DNA of 64,000 nt from an uncultured Chloroflexia bacterium (GTDB lineage: Bacteria; Chloroflexota; Limnocylindria; QHBO01): positions 28,480-92,479 of the forward strand of contig CAVQTN010000002.1 of NCBI GenBank assembly GCA_963716585.1, read 5' to 3'. The position numbers and the translations under genes were made by a program. This document shows positions 1 through 9,191 of the stretch, piece by piece; within the stretch, counting starts at the first letter, position 1, and the number at the start of each line of letters is the position of its first letter. The notes under the pieces are model-generated. The model was not told the origin of the DNA and ran no database searches. It worked only from the letters and a program-made list of their open reading frames with translations.

Positions 1-138
1 TAGAGGGCGCTACACGATCGTCGGTTGAGCGCGGAACTGGCCGGCGTGCCCGTGGGTGCGACCCGGGAGCGGTCCAATGCTGATCACACCGACACCTGAC
101 CATTCGCAACCGATTCGCATGGGGGGCACGACCCTTGA

Positions 139-226
139 TGGCGGAGGGGGTGGGATTCGAACCCACGGGCCGTCTCCGACCGCCGCTTTTCAAGAGCGGT
201 GCATTCGTCCACTCTGCCACCCCTCC
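139..226 (-). tRNA. tRNA-Ser (anticodon UGA), class II tRNA with long variable arm, CCA encoded
   Basis: The reverse complement folds as GGAGGGG acceptor stem, D-arm GCAGAGTGGACGAATGC, anticodon stem-loop CCGCU-CUUGAAA-AGCGG (anticodon UGA), long variable arm, T-arm GTGGG-TTCGAAT-CCCAC, discriminator G, CCA. It is very similar to E. coli tRNA-Ser(UGA). It lies immediately downstream of serS. Confidence 0.9.
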
Positions 227-254
227 GCCGGGCGCTCATTGTGCCGCATCGCGG

Positions 255-1523
255 CTAGCGGATCGTGTCGGCTCCGAAGTGCGGCTGGAGCGCCGCCGGG
301 ACGCGCACCGTGCCGTCTGCCTGCAGATGCGTCTCCAGCAACGCCGCGTAGGTGCGCGACACGCCGAGCCCCGAGCCGTTCAGCGTGTGGACCAGTTCAG
401 GACGCGCATCGCCCGACGACCGATAGCGAAGATTCATGCGGCGCGCCTGAAAATCGGTGAAGTTCGAGCAGGAGCTGACCTCCAGCCAGCGGCCCACGCC
501 AGGCGCCCACGCCTCGAGGTCATAGCCCTTTGCCGGGGCGAAGCCCAGGTCGCCGGCACAGCGCTCGACGGTGCGGTACGGGAGCTCCAGCGCCTCGAGC
601 ACCGCCTCCGCCGCACGCGTCAGCGACTCGAGCTCGTCGTGGCTGGTCTGGGGCGCGACGAACTTGACCATCTCCACCTTGTCGAACTGGTGGACGCGCA
701 GGAGGCCGCGCGTCTCCTTGCCGGCGGCTCCCGCCTCGCGGCGGAACGACGGGGTGTAGGCGGCGTGGTAGATCGGCAGTGCGTCCGCGCGCAGGATCTC
801 GTCGCGATAGATGTTGGTGACTGGCACCTCGGCGGTCGGGATCAGGTAGAGGTCGTCACGCTCGACGACGTACATCTGCGCCTCCTTGTCCGGCAGCTGG
901 CCGGTGCCACGCGCCGAGGCGGCATTGACCAGCAGGGGCGGCCACACCTCGCCGAAGCCGGCCCGGTCGGCAAGCTCGAGCATGAGCCCGATGAGCGCGC
1001 GCTGCAGCCGGGCGCCCGACCCGGTGTACAGGATGAAGCCCGATCCAGCGATCTTCGCGCCGCGCTCCAGGTCGAACAGGCCCAGCCGCGCGCCGATCTC
1101 CCAGTGGGGTGGAGCGCTGCCCTCGGCCGCGGGATCGCCCCAGCGACGGACTTCCGGGTTGTCATGCTCATTGCGACCGTCGGGGACCGATGGGTGCGGC
1201 AGGTTCGGGATGAGCAGCAGGTCCGCCGCGATGCGCGCCTCCACCTCGGCAAGCTCGACGTCGAGGCCCTTGATCTGATCCGACAGCGTGGCGAGGCGCG
1301 CCTTGAGCACGTCCGACCCGGGCGCGCCAGAGCGCAGCAGCTCGCCAACCTGCCGGCTGCCGGCGTTGCGATCACGCTTGGCCGCATCCGTCGTGGCGAG
1401 CAGGGTCCGCCGACGCGCGTCCGCCGCAAGCACGCGGTCCACCGCGTCCGGTGGCTCACCCTTGCGCGCGATGGCGCGCTTGACGCCGTCCGGATCGTCG
1501 CGGATCACCTGGACGCCGATCAC
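255..1523 (-). CDS. serS: seryl-tRNA synthetase
   Basis: 422 aa with an N-terminal coiled-coil arm and a class II catalytic core (motifs around GFGEVWPP, RREAGAAGKETRGLLRVHQFDKVE, GSGLGVSR). It overlaps the upstream lysK stop by 4 bp. Confidence 0.92.
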   Translation of the reverse strand: MIGVQVIRDDPDGVKRAIARKGEPPDAVDRVLAADARRRTLLATTDAAKRDRNAGSRQVGELLRSGAPGSDVLKARLATLSDQIKGLDVELAEVEARIAADLLLIPNLPHPSVPDGRNEHDNPEVRRWGDPAAEGSAPPHWEIGARLGLFDLERGAKIAGSGFILYTGSGARLQRALIGLMLELADRAGFGEVWPPLLVNAASARGTGQLPDKEAQMYVVERDDLYLIPTAEVPVTNIYRDEILRADALPIYHAAYTPSFRREAGAAGKETRGLLRVHQFDKVEMVKFVAPQTSHDELESLTRAAEAVLEALELPYRTVERCAGDLGFAPAKGYDLEAWAPGVGRWLEVSSCSNFTDFQARRMNLRYRSSGDARPELVHTLNGSGLGVSRTYAALLETHLQADGTVRVPAALQPHFGADTIR

Positions 1524-3148
1524 CTGCTGCCGCCCTTCGTCGAGGCGGCCGGCTCCCCCGACGCGGTGGCGGCGGCCCGCAGGCGGTCGATGACGAAGCC
1601 GCGATCGAGCGAGGCGAGCAGCGACCCGGCGCGCGGTCCGCTGGCCCGTCCGACGAAAGCCAGGTAGATCGCATTGAATGCCTTCCCCGGCGCCAGCTGC
1701 AGCTCACGGGCGCGCTCGAAGATGACCGACTGCAGCGTCTCGCCGTCCCACGCCCGCGCGTCGGGCAGCACCGCCGCCAGGGACTCCAGGTAGCGCCGTT
1801 GCGGTTCGCCGAGGGCGGCGGCGGTCTCCGGCAAGCCATCGAGCGCGACGCTGAACCGGATCCGCTCCGGCGCCCACTCCGGCAGCCAGCGGCGAACGGT
1901 GCCAAGGCGCGTCTCCAGCTCGGCGAGCTCTGGCGCGGCCAGCGGCGCGCCACGGTGGCGGCCGATCTGCTCGGCAACGCGCGTCAAGGTGGCGTTGGGC
2001 ATCTGGGCATAGGTCGCGACCTGCAGGAAGGGGGGCAGGAACCAGGTCGGCAGCGTCCGGCCCGGCAGCTGCGACAGCTCGACGATGCGGCGCTTCTGGG
2101 CGTGCTCGTCGGCATCGGCCTCGGAGGCGGGCCCCGCAAGGGCCGCGATGACGTAGGCGTCGTACTCGTCGAACAGGCGCGGAATGGTCTCGCCGTTCGG
2201 ATCGAACTCGATCGCCGTGTTGGGACGGTAGCGCAGCATCAGGAAGCGAACAATCTCCGGCGGCAGCAGCTCGACCATGGCATCGGCCGCCGCGCCGCTG
2301 CCGGCCGACGACTTCATCTTGTGCCCGCCGATGGTCAGAAACTCGTACGGCACGTTGCGCGGCGGTGTGACGCCGAACACCCCGCGGGCGAGCGCCTCGG
2401 AGCGGTCGCGTGACCCGCCGCGGGTCGACAGGTCCTTGCCGCCGGCCTCGATGGTCACGCCGAAGAGCTGCCACTTGGCCACCCAGTGAAGGTTCCACGG
2501 CAGCTTGGCCCGGCCGCCGAAGGGCGCGACTCGCCCGGAGTGACCGCAACCGGTCGCCCAGGCCACCAGGTCGGGCCGGCATCGGTATGCGACCGTCTCG
2601 CCGTCCCAGTCGTAGGCAAAGGTCGTACCGATGCGACCGCACTGCTCGCAGATGACCTGGAGCGGCAGCCAGTCAGGTCCGTGGTCGACGTGGCTGATCT
2701 CGGCGTACACGCGCCGGACATCGGCGGCGCGGTCCAGTGCGACACGGATGAAGGCGTCGAACAGCCCCGCCGCGTACTGCTCGCTGGCCCAGTACAGCTC
2801 CGGCCGAATCCCGAGCCGCTCGAAGCTGTCGAGGAAGGTTCGCGCGAAATGGCGCGCCCAGCTCTGCTCGCGGGAGCCGCGCGGCGGGGGCACATTGGCG
2901 AGCGGGATGCCCATGTGCTCGGCCACCCCTTCCCGGTTGGCCAGCGTGGCCGAGTCCATCGGGTCGAGGTCGTCGATGCCGTACAGGAACCGGACCTCCA
3001 GACCGCGCTGGCGCACGGCGCGAGCGATGGCGTCGTGGATCACGACCCCACGCAGCGCACCGACATGGATCGTTCCCGACGGCGTCTTCGAGTCGTTGAC
3101 GACCTGCGGGCCGGACGCCTCGAGAGCGATCTCGTCGGCCCAGAACAC
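1520..3148 (-). CDS. lysK: lysyl-tRNA synthetase, class I (archaeal-type LysK)
   Basis: 542 aa. N-terminus MFWADEIA...SGTIHVGALRG matches the class I LysRS HWAD/HVGN signature. Zinc-binding Cys cluster CEQCGRIG...CGHSG, KMKSS (KMSKS-type) motif, and C-terminus LASLDRGFVIDRLR as in Pyrococcus LysRS-I. Confidence 0.85.
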   Translation of the reverse strand: MFWADEIALEASGPQVVNDSKTPSGTIHVGALRGVVIHDAIARAVRQRGLEVRFLYGIDDLDPMDSATLANREGVAEHMGIPLANVPPPRGSREQSWARHFARTFLDSFERLGIRPELYWASEQYAAGLFDAFIRVALDRAADVRRVYAEISHVDHGPDWLPLQVICEQCGRIGTTFAYDWDGETVAYRCRPDLVAWATGCGHSGRVAPFGGRAKLPWNLHWVAKWQLFGVTIEAGGKDLSTRGGSRDRSEALARGVFGVTPPRNVPYEFLTIGGHKMKSSAGSGAAADAMVELLPPEIVRFLMLRYRPNTAIEFDPNGETIPRLFDEYDAYVIAALAGPASEADADEHAQKRRIVELSQLPGRTLPTWFLPPFLQVATYAQMPNATLTRVAEQIGRHRGAPLAAPELAELETRLGTVRRWLPEWAPERIRFSVALDGLPETAAALGEPQRRYLESLAAVLPDARAWDGETLQSVIFERARELQLAPGKAFNAIYLAFVGRASGPRAGSLLASLDRGFVIDRLRAAATASGEPAASTKGGSR

Positions 3149-3159
3149 GATTGGTCGGA

Positions 3160-3624
3160 TCAGCTGATCGAGATGACCGTGAAGTCGACCGGCCCGGCCG
3201 GCGCATGGACGGTGACCTTGTCCCCCTTCTTGGCACCCATCAGCGCGGCGCCCACCGGCGACTCGTTGCTGATGCGGCCCTCGCGCGGAGCAGCCTCGGC
3301 GGAGCCGACGATGGTGAACGTCTCCTCACCATCGGAGCCCTTGATGACGACCTTTGATCCGATGCCGACCTTGTCGGCGCCGTCGACCCGAGCGATGACC
3401 TCGGCGTTCTTGAGCTGACCCTCGAGCGTGGCGATGCGGCCCTCCAGGAACGACTGTTCCTGCTTGGCATCCTCGTACTCGGCGTTTTCGCTGATGTCAC
3501 CGTCCAGCTTCGCATCGTGGATGCGCTGCGCGACACGCGGGCGCTCGGTGGTGATCAGGAAGTTCAGCTCGGCCTTGAGCTTGTCGAGGCCCTCGGCGGT
3601 GAGATAGACGGGCTTGGTGTTCAT
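3160..3624 (-). CDS. greA: transcription elongation factor GreA
   Basis: The six-frame ORF is N-extended. The true start is MNTKPVYLTAEGLDKLKAELNFL at 3624 with GGAGG-like RBS context. GreA coiled-coil plus FKBP-like C-terminal domain, 154 aa. Confidence 0.85.
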   Translation of the reverse strand: MNTKPVYLTAEGLDKLKAELNFLITTERPRVAQRIHDAKLDGDISENAEYEDAKQEQSFLEGRIATLEGQLKNAEVIARVDGADKVGIGSKVVIKGSDGEETFTIVGSAEAAPREGRISNESPVGAALMGAKKGDKVTVHAPAGPVDFTVISIS

Positions 3625-3701
3625 GAGCCCCCCTTCATGGCTTCTCGGGGACATCGCCGCGGTGGGGAAGCCGTGGCGATGGACAGGTCGCGCGCAATAA
3701 C

Positions 3702-3718
3702 AAAAAAGGCCCCGGGCC
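3702..3718 (-). terminator. rho-independent terminator downstream of uppP (minus strand)
   Basis: The minus strand reads GGCCCGGGGCC hairpin followed by UUUUUU. The plus strand reads AAAAAAGGCCCCGGGCC. Confidence 0.6.
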
Positions 3719-3874
3719 TGCCACGTCCGGTGGCGTTCCCGGAGCTGGCCGCACGGGTGTGGCCAGGGTCTCGGCCGGCAGGCGCGCGTCTCTTCCAAGG
3801 GAGCGCCAACGGTTCGGCAGATTGTAGGTCCGAGCATCGCCGGTGTCAAAGATCGGTGCGTGCGCTGCGCGCGC

Positions 3875-4720
3875 TCAGCGACCGATCACCACCAGCATGA
3901 CCACCAGCGCGGCCAGGAGGATCCGATAGACGCTGAAGACAGCCACTGAATGGCGCCGCAGCCACGACAGCAGGAAGCCGATGGCCAGCATGCCGCTCAC
4001 CGCCGCAACGCCGAAGCCGACGCTGATCGCCAGCCACTCGGTGCCACTGTGCGCCTCGCTGAGCAGCCGGCGCGAACCGTACAGACCGGCACCCAGCGTG
4101 ATCGGCGTGGCGAGCAGGAAGCTGAAGCGCGCCGCCGCCTCGCGGCTGAGGCCCAGCGCCAGCCCCGCGGTGATCGTCGCGCCCGAACGGCTGATCCCCG
4201 GAATCAGCGCGAGCGCCTGGCTGAACCCAATGGTCAGGGCAGCGGGCGCGTCGAGCTCGGTCATTGCCCGGCGCCGCGCTCCGAGCCGGTCGGCCAGCCA
4301 CAGGGCGATGGCGCCGATCGCCAGGAAGCCGGCGATCAGCAGCCGCGCCACGTCCGAGTCGCCGTGGAACAGCGAGGTGATCAGGTCCTCGCCCAGGAAC
4401 CCGATGATCGCCGCGGGGATGGTGGCCATCACCAGCAACCAGGCCAGGCGTCGCTCGGGATCGCCGGCGATGCGTCGCTCGCGAACGCTGGCAACCAGCG
4501 CGGCGAGGTAGCGGACCCAGTCGCGTGCGAAATAGACGAGCAGGGCCAGCAGCGTCCCGAGGTGCAGGAAGACGTCGAAGGCGAGGCTGCTGAGCAGCCC
4601 ACCGGTGTCCCAGCCGGCCATCCACGGAGCCAGCGCCAGATGCGCCGAGGAGCTGACCGGAATGAACTCGGTCAGCCCCTGCAGCAGGCCGATCAGGGCG
4701 GCCTGGACGACGAGGTCCAA
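3875..4720 (-). CDS. uppP: undecaprenyl-diphosphate phosphatase (BacA/UppP)
   Basis: 281 aa polytopic membrane protein. N-terminus MDLVVQAALIGLLQGLTEFIPVSSSAHL and PGISRSGATI motif are typical of UppP. Confidence 0.9.
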   Translation of the reverse strand: MDLVVQAALIGLLQGLTEFIPVSSSAHLALAPWMAGWDTGGLLSSLAFDVFLHLGTLLALLVYFARDWVRYLAALVASVRERRIAGDPERRLAWLLVMATIPAAIIGFLGEDLITSLFHGDSDVARLLIAGFLAIGAIALWLADRLGARRRAMTELDAPAALTIGFSQALALIPGISRSGATITAGLALGLSREAAARFSFLLATPITLGAGLYGSRRLLSEAHSGTEWLAISVGFGVAAVSGMLAIGFLLSWLRRHSVAVFSVYRILLAALVVMLVVIGR

Positions 4721-6937
4721 CTAACGGATGAACAACGGCGCGAGCACCAGGGTGATCGTCGCCAGCAGCTTGACGAGCACGTGCAACGACGGACCGGCGG
4801 TGTCCTTGAACGGGTCACCCACCGTGTCGCCGACGACCGCCGCCGCGTGGGCCTCGGTCTTCTTGCCGAGCACGTTGCCGTCGTCATCGGTCAAATGCCC
4901 GGACTCGATGTACTTCTTGGCGTTGTCCCAGGCCCCGCCGCCGTTGTTGAGCACGGTGGCCAGCATGACGCCGGCGATGGTGCCCACCATCAGCAGGCCC
5001 GCCACGGCCTCGTGGCCGAGCAGCAGGCCCACGATGATCGGCGTTGCGACCGCCACGAGCCCGGGGGCGATCATCTGGCGCAGGGCGGCGCGAGTGGTGA
5101 TGTCGACCACGCGCGCGTAGTCGGGCCGCTGCGTGTAGTCCATGATCCCGGGCATCTCGCGAAACTGGCGGCGCACCTCGACGATGATCGTCTGCGCGGT
5201 GGTGCCCACCGCTCGGATGGCGAGGCTGGAGAAGAAGTAGACCAGCATGGCGCCGATCAACGCCGCCACGAAGACCGACACGTTCGACAGGTCGACAGAG
5301 GTGAGCAGCGTGCCCGCCGCGCGTGTCCCGGCGTCGATCTGGCGCTGCAGGATCAGGTTGACCTTGTCGATGTAGGCGCTGAACAGGAGGAAGGCGGCGA
5401 GGCTGGCCGAGGCGATGGCGTAGCCCTTGGTGAGCGCCTTGGTCGTGTTGCCGACCGCGTCCAGCCGATCGGTGATCTCGCGTGCGCTTGCTTCCGACTT
5501 GCTGAACTCGGCGATCCCGCCGGCGTTGTCGGTGATTGGCCCGAAGGTGTCCATGGCCAGGATGTACGCGGTGGTCATCAGCATGCCCATGGTCGCCACG
5601 GCGGTGCCGAAGATGCCGCCGACGTCCTTGCCGGCGGCGTTGGTCAGGCCGGCCTGCGAACCGAGCCAGTGGCTGGCGAGCAGGGCGACGCCGATCGCGA
5701 TGGCGGTCATCAGGGTCGTCTCGTAGCCGACCGCCGTACCCGAGATGATGTTGGTGGCCGCGCCGGTCTTGCTGGCCTCGGCGATCTCCTTGACCGGGCG
5801 CCACCCGCCGGCGGTGTAGTACTGGGTGATGTACACGAAGGCGACGCTGGTGATGAGGCCGACCACTCCGGCGCCGAAGAACCAGATCCAGGTCGGAATC
5901 CCGTTGGCGCCGAGATGGCCGCCGGTGTTCATCATCACCCAGGTGGTCAGCGCCAGCCCGGCAACCGACAGGATGGTCGTCACCCAGTACCCGCGGTTCA
6001 GGATGTTCATCGGGTCTTCGTCCTCGCGGCCGTTCACGAAGAACATGGCGATGATCGTCGCCAACAGGCCGAAGGCCCGCACCACCAACGGGAAGAAGAT
6101 CCATGCCTCGGGGTGCGGCCAGCCCGACGCGCTGGCGATGGCGTACACCGCAACGCCCAGGATCATGGCCCCGATGTTCTCCGCGGCGGTCGACTCGAAC
6201 AGGTCGGCGCCACGGCCGGCGCAATCGCCGACGTTGTCACCGACCAGGTCCGCGACGACGCCGGCGTTGCGCGGGTCATCCTCGGGGATGCCGGCCTCCA
6301 CCTTGCCGACCAGGTCGGAGCCGACGTCGGCCGCCTTGGTGTAGATCCCGCCGCCCAGCTGTGCGAACAGGGCGACGAAGCTGGCGCCGAAGCCGAAGCC
6401 GACGATCAGGAAGGGGGCCTGGTTCGGATGCGTGAAGCCGCCGTACGCGGCGAAGATGCCCCACACACCGAGCAGCGACAGGGCGACGACGAGGAAGCCA
6501 GAGACCGCGCCACCGCGCATCGCGATCTGCACGGCACCGACCAGGCTGTGGCGTGCCGCCGCAGCCGTGCGCAGGTTGGAGCGCACGCTGATGAACATGC
6601 CGATGATGCCCGAGGCCATGGAGCACGCCGCCCCGACGAGGAACGCGACGCCGGTGCGGATCCCGAGCTCGGTGCCGAACACATCGGTGTCCGCCACCTG
6701 CTTGCCCTCGACCACAGCGATCACCAGCCCGATGAGCAGCGCCCCTGCGATGGCGAGGATGCCGATCGTCTGATACTGCCGGCGGATAAAGGCGACCGCA
6801 CCCTCGAAGATGATGGCGGCAATCTCCTGCATCGCTTCCGTCCCGGTGTCAGCGTGGAGGACGCCCCAGGCGAGGTACAGCGCGAAGAGGATCGATGCGA
6901 CCCCGGCGACAGGGATCACCCAGGTGATGAGCTCCAT
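4721..6937 (-). CDS. hppA: membrane-bound H+-translocating pyrophosphatase, K+-independent type
   Basis: 738 aa from MELITWVIPVAG at 6937, with GGAGGA RBS just upstream. Multi-TM, with GNTTKA motif (Lys at the K+-independence position) and DVGADLVGKVE and DNVGDN motifs. The upstream 31 codons of the six-frame ORF are likely spurious. Confidence 0.9.
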   Translation of the reverse strand: MELITWVIPVAGVASILFALYLAWGVLHADTGTEAMQEIAAIIFEGAVAFIRRQYQTIGILAIAGALLIGLVIAVVEGKQVADTDVFGTELGIRTGVAFLVGAACSMASGIIGMFISVRSNLRTAAAARHSLVGAVQIAMRGGAVSGFLVVALSLLGVWGIFAAYGGFTHPNQAPFLIVGFGFGASFVALFAQLGGGIYTKAADVGSDLVGKVEAGIPEDDPRNAGVVADLVGDNVGDCAGRGADLFESTAAENIGAMILGVAVYAIASASGWPHPEAWIFFPLVVRAFGLLATIIAMFFVNGREDEDPMNILNRGYWVTTILSVAGLALTTWVMMNTGGHLGANGIPTWIWFFGAGVVGLITSVAFVYITQYYTAGGWRPVKEIAEASKTGAATNIISGTAVGYETTLMTAIAIGVALLASHWLGSQAGLTNAAGKDVGGIFGTAVATMGMLMTTAYILAMDTFGPITDNAGGIAEFSKSEASAREITDRLDAVGNTTKALTKGYAIASASLAAFLLFSAYIDKVNLILQRQIDAGTRAAGTLLTSVDLSNVSVFVAALIGAMLVYFFSSLAIRAVGTTAQTIIVEVRRQFREMPGIMDYTQRPDYARVVDITTRAALRQMIAPGLVAVATPIIVGLLLGHEAVAGLLMVGTIAGVMLATVLNNGGGAWDNAKKYIESGHLTDDDGNVLGKKTEAHAAAVVGDTVGDPFKDTAGPSLHVLVKLLATITLVLAPLFIR

Positions 6938-7100
6938 TGGTCCTCCGAAAGGGCAGCTGGCCACGGTCCGCCATTCCGGCGACCGGTCTGAACACACGGA
7001 AATCGCCGGCGATCGGGCCGCGAGCCGCATCCGCCAGCGAAGCGGCCGAATGGTAGCCCGCCGGGAGGCGCCGGGTCAACTTGCGCGGGTGGCCGTCGGC

Positions 7101-9188
7101 TCACGGGACCCAGCGCGGCTGCCAGCCATCATCTCCGATGCGACGGCTCCTTCCGCTGGACAGGTCGAACAGCCAGATACCACGCGCCGCCGGTGAGCCG
7201 CTGCGGCCGCCGGCGAGCAGCAGTCGATCCGGATCCGGGGTGAAGCGGACGGCGCTCAGCTGCATCGCGACAAGCAGGCTGCGGCCGGGACCGCCATCCG
7301 GGCGGGTCAGCCACGCGGCGCCGGTGCGGCCGCCGGGATCCAGCAACAGGTAGGCCATTCGCCCGTCGCCGTCGACCGTCGGCCGCGCGATCCCGTTCGG
7401 AAGGAGGCTGTCCACGGTCGCTTCGGCGCCGCGGTCGAGGCGAACGATCACCAGCGACCCGAGCAGCGAGTTGGCCAGGTCGCCGCTCTCGAGCTCGAGC
7501 GGCGCGACGGCCGCTCCGGGGCGCCGTGCGGGCGCGGACCCGGCACCCGACAGGCCGTTCAGCAGCAGGCCGCTCGAGTCGGGCAGCCAGACCGGCGGCT
7601 CGACCGAGCGGAAGGCTGCGGTGGTCAGACGCGCGGCGGGCAGCTCCAGCACGCCAACTCGGCCAGCCTCGTCGACAAAGGCAAGGGCGTGGCCGTCCGG
7701 GGAGTAGCGCGGCGCACGAAGCAGCGAGGCGGCCGGCTGGGCGGCGCTGGGCGATGGGGTCGCGCTGCCGGTCAGCTCGTCGGGCAGTTCAAGCTGGCGC
7801 GCGTCGCCACCGCCCGCCTCGCGGAGCCAGAGGCCCAGCCCGCTGCCGCTCGCCGCGTCGGCGCGGCCGAAGGCGATCTGCGCCCCGTTTGGTGAGTAGG
7901 TGGGATCAAACTCCAGGACGCCATCCTCGGTGAGGATGCGTCGCGATGTGCCGTCGGCGTGCTGCTCGACGAGGCGTGCACCATCGGCCACCACGAATGA
8001 GCGACCGTCGGGGGCGACGGCGTAATCCACGATCGGCGACAGCTCCGCGGAGAGCTGCCGCTGCCCGGTTCCGTCCGGATTCATGGCCCACAGGTTGGCA
8101 ACGCCCGATCGATCGGAGAGGTAGACCACCTGGTTGCCCAGGGTGGCCATCGGCGCGCCGGTCAGGAACGTCCAGGTCACCGACGCCGACAGACGAGAGC
8201 CGTCGGCACCGCGCAGGCCCGGGACGAGCGTCACCCGAAACGTCGTGTTGGGCGGCAGCGGGCCGGAGGGCTGAAACTCCAGCAGGCGGGCGTCGCCGTC
8301 CTGCAGGCCGGCCGCGCCCGGTGCGGCGACGACCGCCAGGGTGCCGGGCACGGCGGGGTCGAGCTCGAACTGGTCGTTGCCGAGGCTGCCCGGATCGAGG
8401 GCGCGGTCGAAGACGATGACGATCGGCGAGGTGACCGCGATGCCGTCGCTGGCATCGGCCGGGACGAGGCTGCGCACCGCCAGGCCGGGTGCCGTGGTCG
8501 AGAAGACGAGGCTGAAGGGCTGCTCAAGCGACGAGCCTCCGAGGTCGCGCGCACCCTGGCCGATGGTCACGGCGTAGCGCTGGTCGGCCGCCAGCGGCGC
8601 GCGTGGCTCGATCGTCAGCTGCTCGCCGCTCCAGCGCAGGTCGTAACCGACGGCCGGCGAAAGCTCGAGCGCGGTTGCCACCGAGCGCGTGTCCATGAGC
8701 GTCGAGAACGTGATGCGGATCGAGGCGTCGAGCGGCACGTCGGTCGCGTTGGCCGCGGGATCGCTGTCCACAACCTGCGGCTCGCCCACCGTCGTGAAGC
8801 CAAAGGCCGCCGAGGCCTGCTGCATCTCGTTGCCCGCGCTGTCGCGAACGCCGGGCTCGATGTGCGCCGTGAAGTCGGTCTTCGGCGGCAGCGGCTGCAG
8901 CGGGGTGAAGGTCAGGGTGCTGTCAGTCCAGCTGTAGGAGCCGTCGACGGCAGGCTCGATGCGGAAGGCGGCCTCCGCCTCCGGCTTGTCGACCGGCTCC
9001 GAGAAATGGATCTCGAGGCTGGTGCTGGTCAGCGCGACGGCGGTGTCCCCGGAGAGATGCTGACTCAGTGAGAAGCTGGTGACGCCCGGCGGACGCGAGT
9101 CGACGGTGCTGGCGTAGTACAGGATCCCGGCGAGCACGGCCGCGCCGACGACGAAGACCGCGAAGCTCCGCAGCAGCACACGCCGCAC
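7101..9188 (-). CDS. secreted or membrane-anchored protein with tandem Ig-like (Big/SbsA-type) domains and a C-terminal TolB-like beta-propeller (PD40 repeats)
   Basis: 695 aa with an N-terminal TM/signal anchor. Four or more repeats of about 90 aa with SPxxG/xDVPLDxxIxIxF patterns typical of bacterial Ig-like domains. The C-terminal half has PDG..xAF.. repeats typical of PD40/TolB propellers. The start overlaps the rpoN stop by 4 bp. Confidence 0.65.
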   Translation of the reverse strand: MRRVLLRSFAVFVVGAAVLAGILYYASTVDSRPPGVTSFSLSQHLSGDTAVALTSTSLEIHFSEPVDKPEAEAAFRIEPAVDGSYSWTDSTLTFTPLQPLPPKTDFTAHIEPGVRDSAGNEMQQASAAFGFTTVGEPQVVDSDPAANATDVPLDASIRITFSTLMDTRSVATALELSPAVGYDLRWSGEQLTIEPRAPLAADQRYAVTIGQGARDLGGSSLEQPFSLVFSTTAPGLAVRSLVPADASDGIAVTSPIVIVFDRALDPGSLGNDQFELDPAVPGTLAVVAAPGAAGLQDGDARLLEFQPSGPLPPNTTFRVTLVPGLRGADGSRLSASVTWTFLTGAPMATLGNQVVYLSDRSGVANLWAMNPDGTGQRQLSAELSPIVDYAVAPDGRSFVVADGARLVEQHADGTSRRILTEDGVLEFDPTYSPNGAQIAFGRADAASGSGLGLWLREAGGGDARQLELPDELTGSATPSPSAAQPAASLLRAPRYSPDGHALAFVDEAGRVGVLELPAARLTTAAFRSVEPPVWLPDSSGLLLNGLSGAGSAPARRPGAAVAPLELESGDLANSLLGSLVIVRLDRGAEATVDSLLPNGIARPTVDGDGRMAYLLLDPGGRTGAAWLTRPDGGPGRSLLVAMQLSAVRFTPDPDRLLLAGGRSGSPAARGIWLFDLSSGRSRRIGDDGWQPRWVP

Positions 9189-9191
9189 GGC

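Noticed and set aside
3696-3720. AAAAAA-GGCCCCGGGCC read as a plus-strand feature near greA.
   Set aside because: On the plus strand the A-run precedes the hairpin, which is not a terminator. It works only as a minus-strand terminator for uppP, so it is annotated on that strand.
3950-6991. 1013-aa ORF on the plus strand opposite hppA. Similar long antisense ORFs occur at 135..1667, 22880..26158, 38469..40490, 49169..50497 and 59688..61973.
   Set aside because: Their composition is Arg/Ala/Gly/Pro-dominated with no motifs. They completely overlap genes with strong homology on the other strand. They are typical shadow ORFs of 72% GC DNA.
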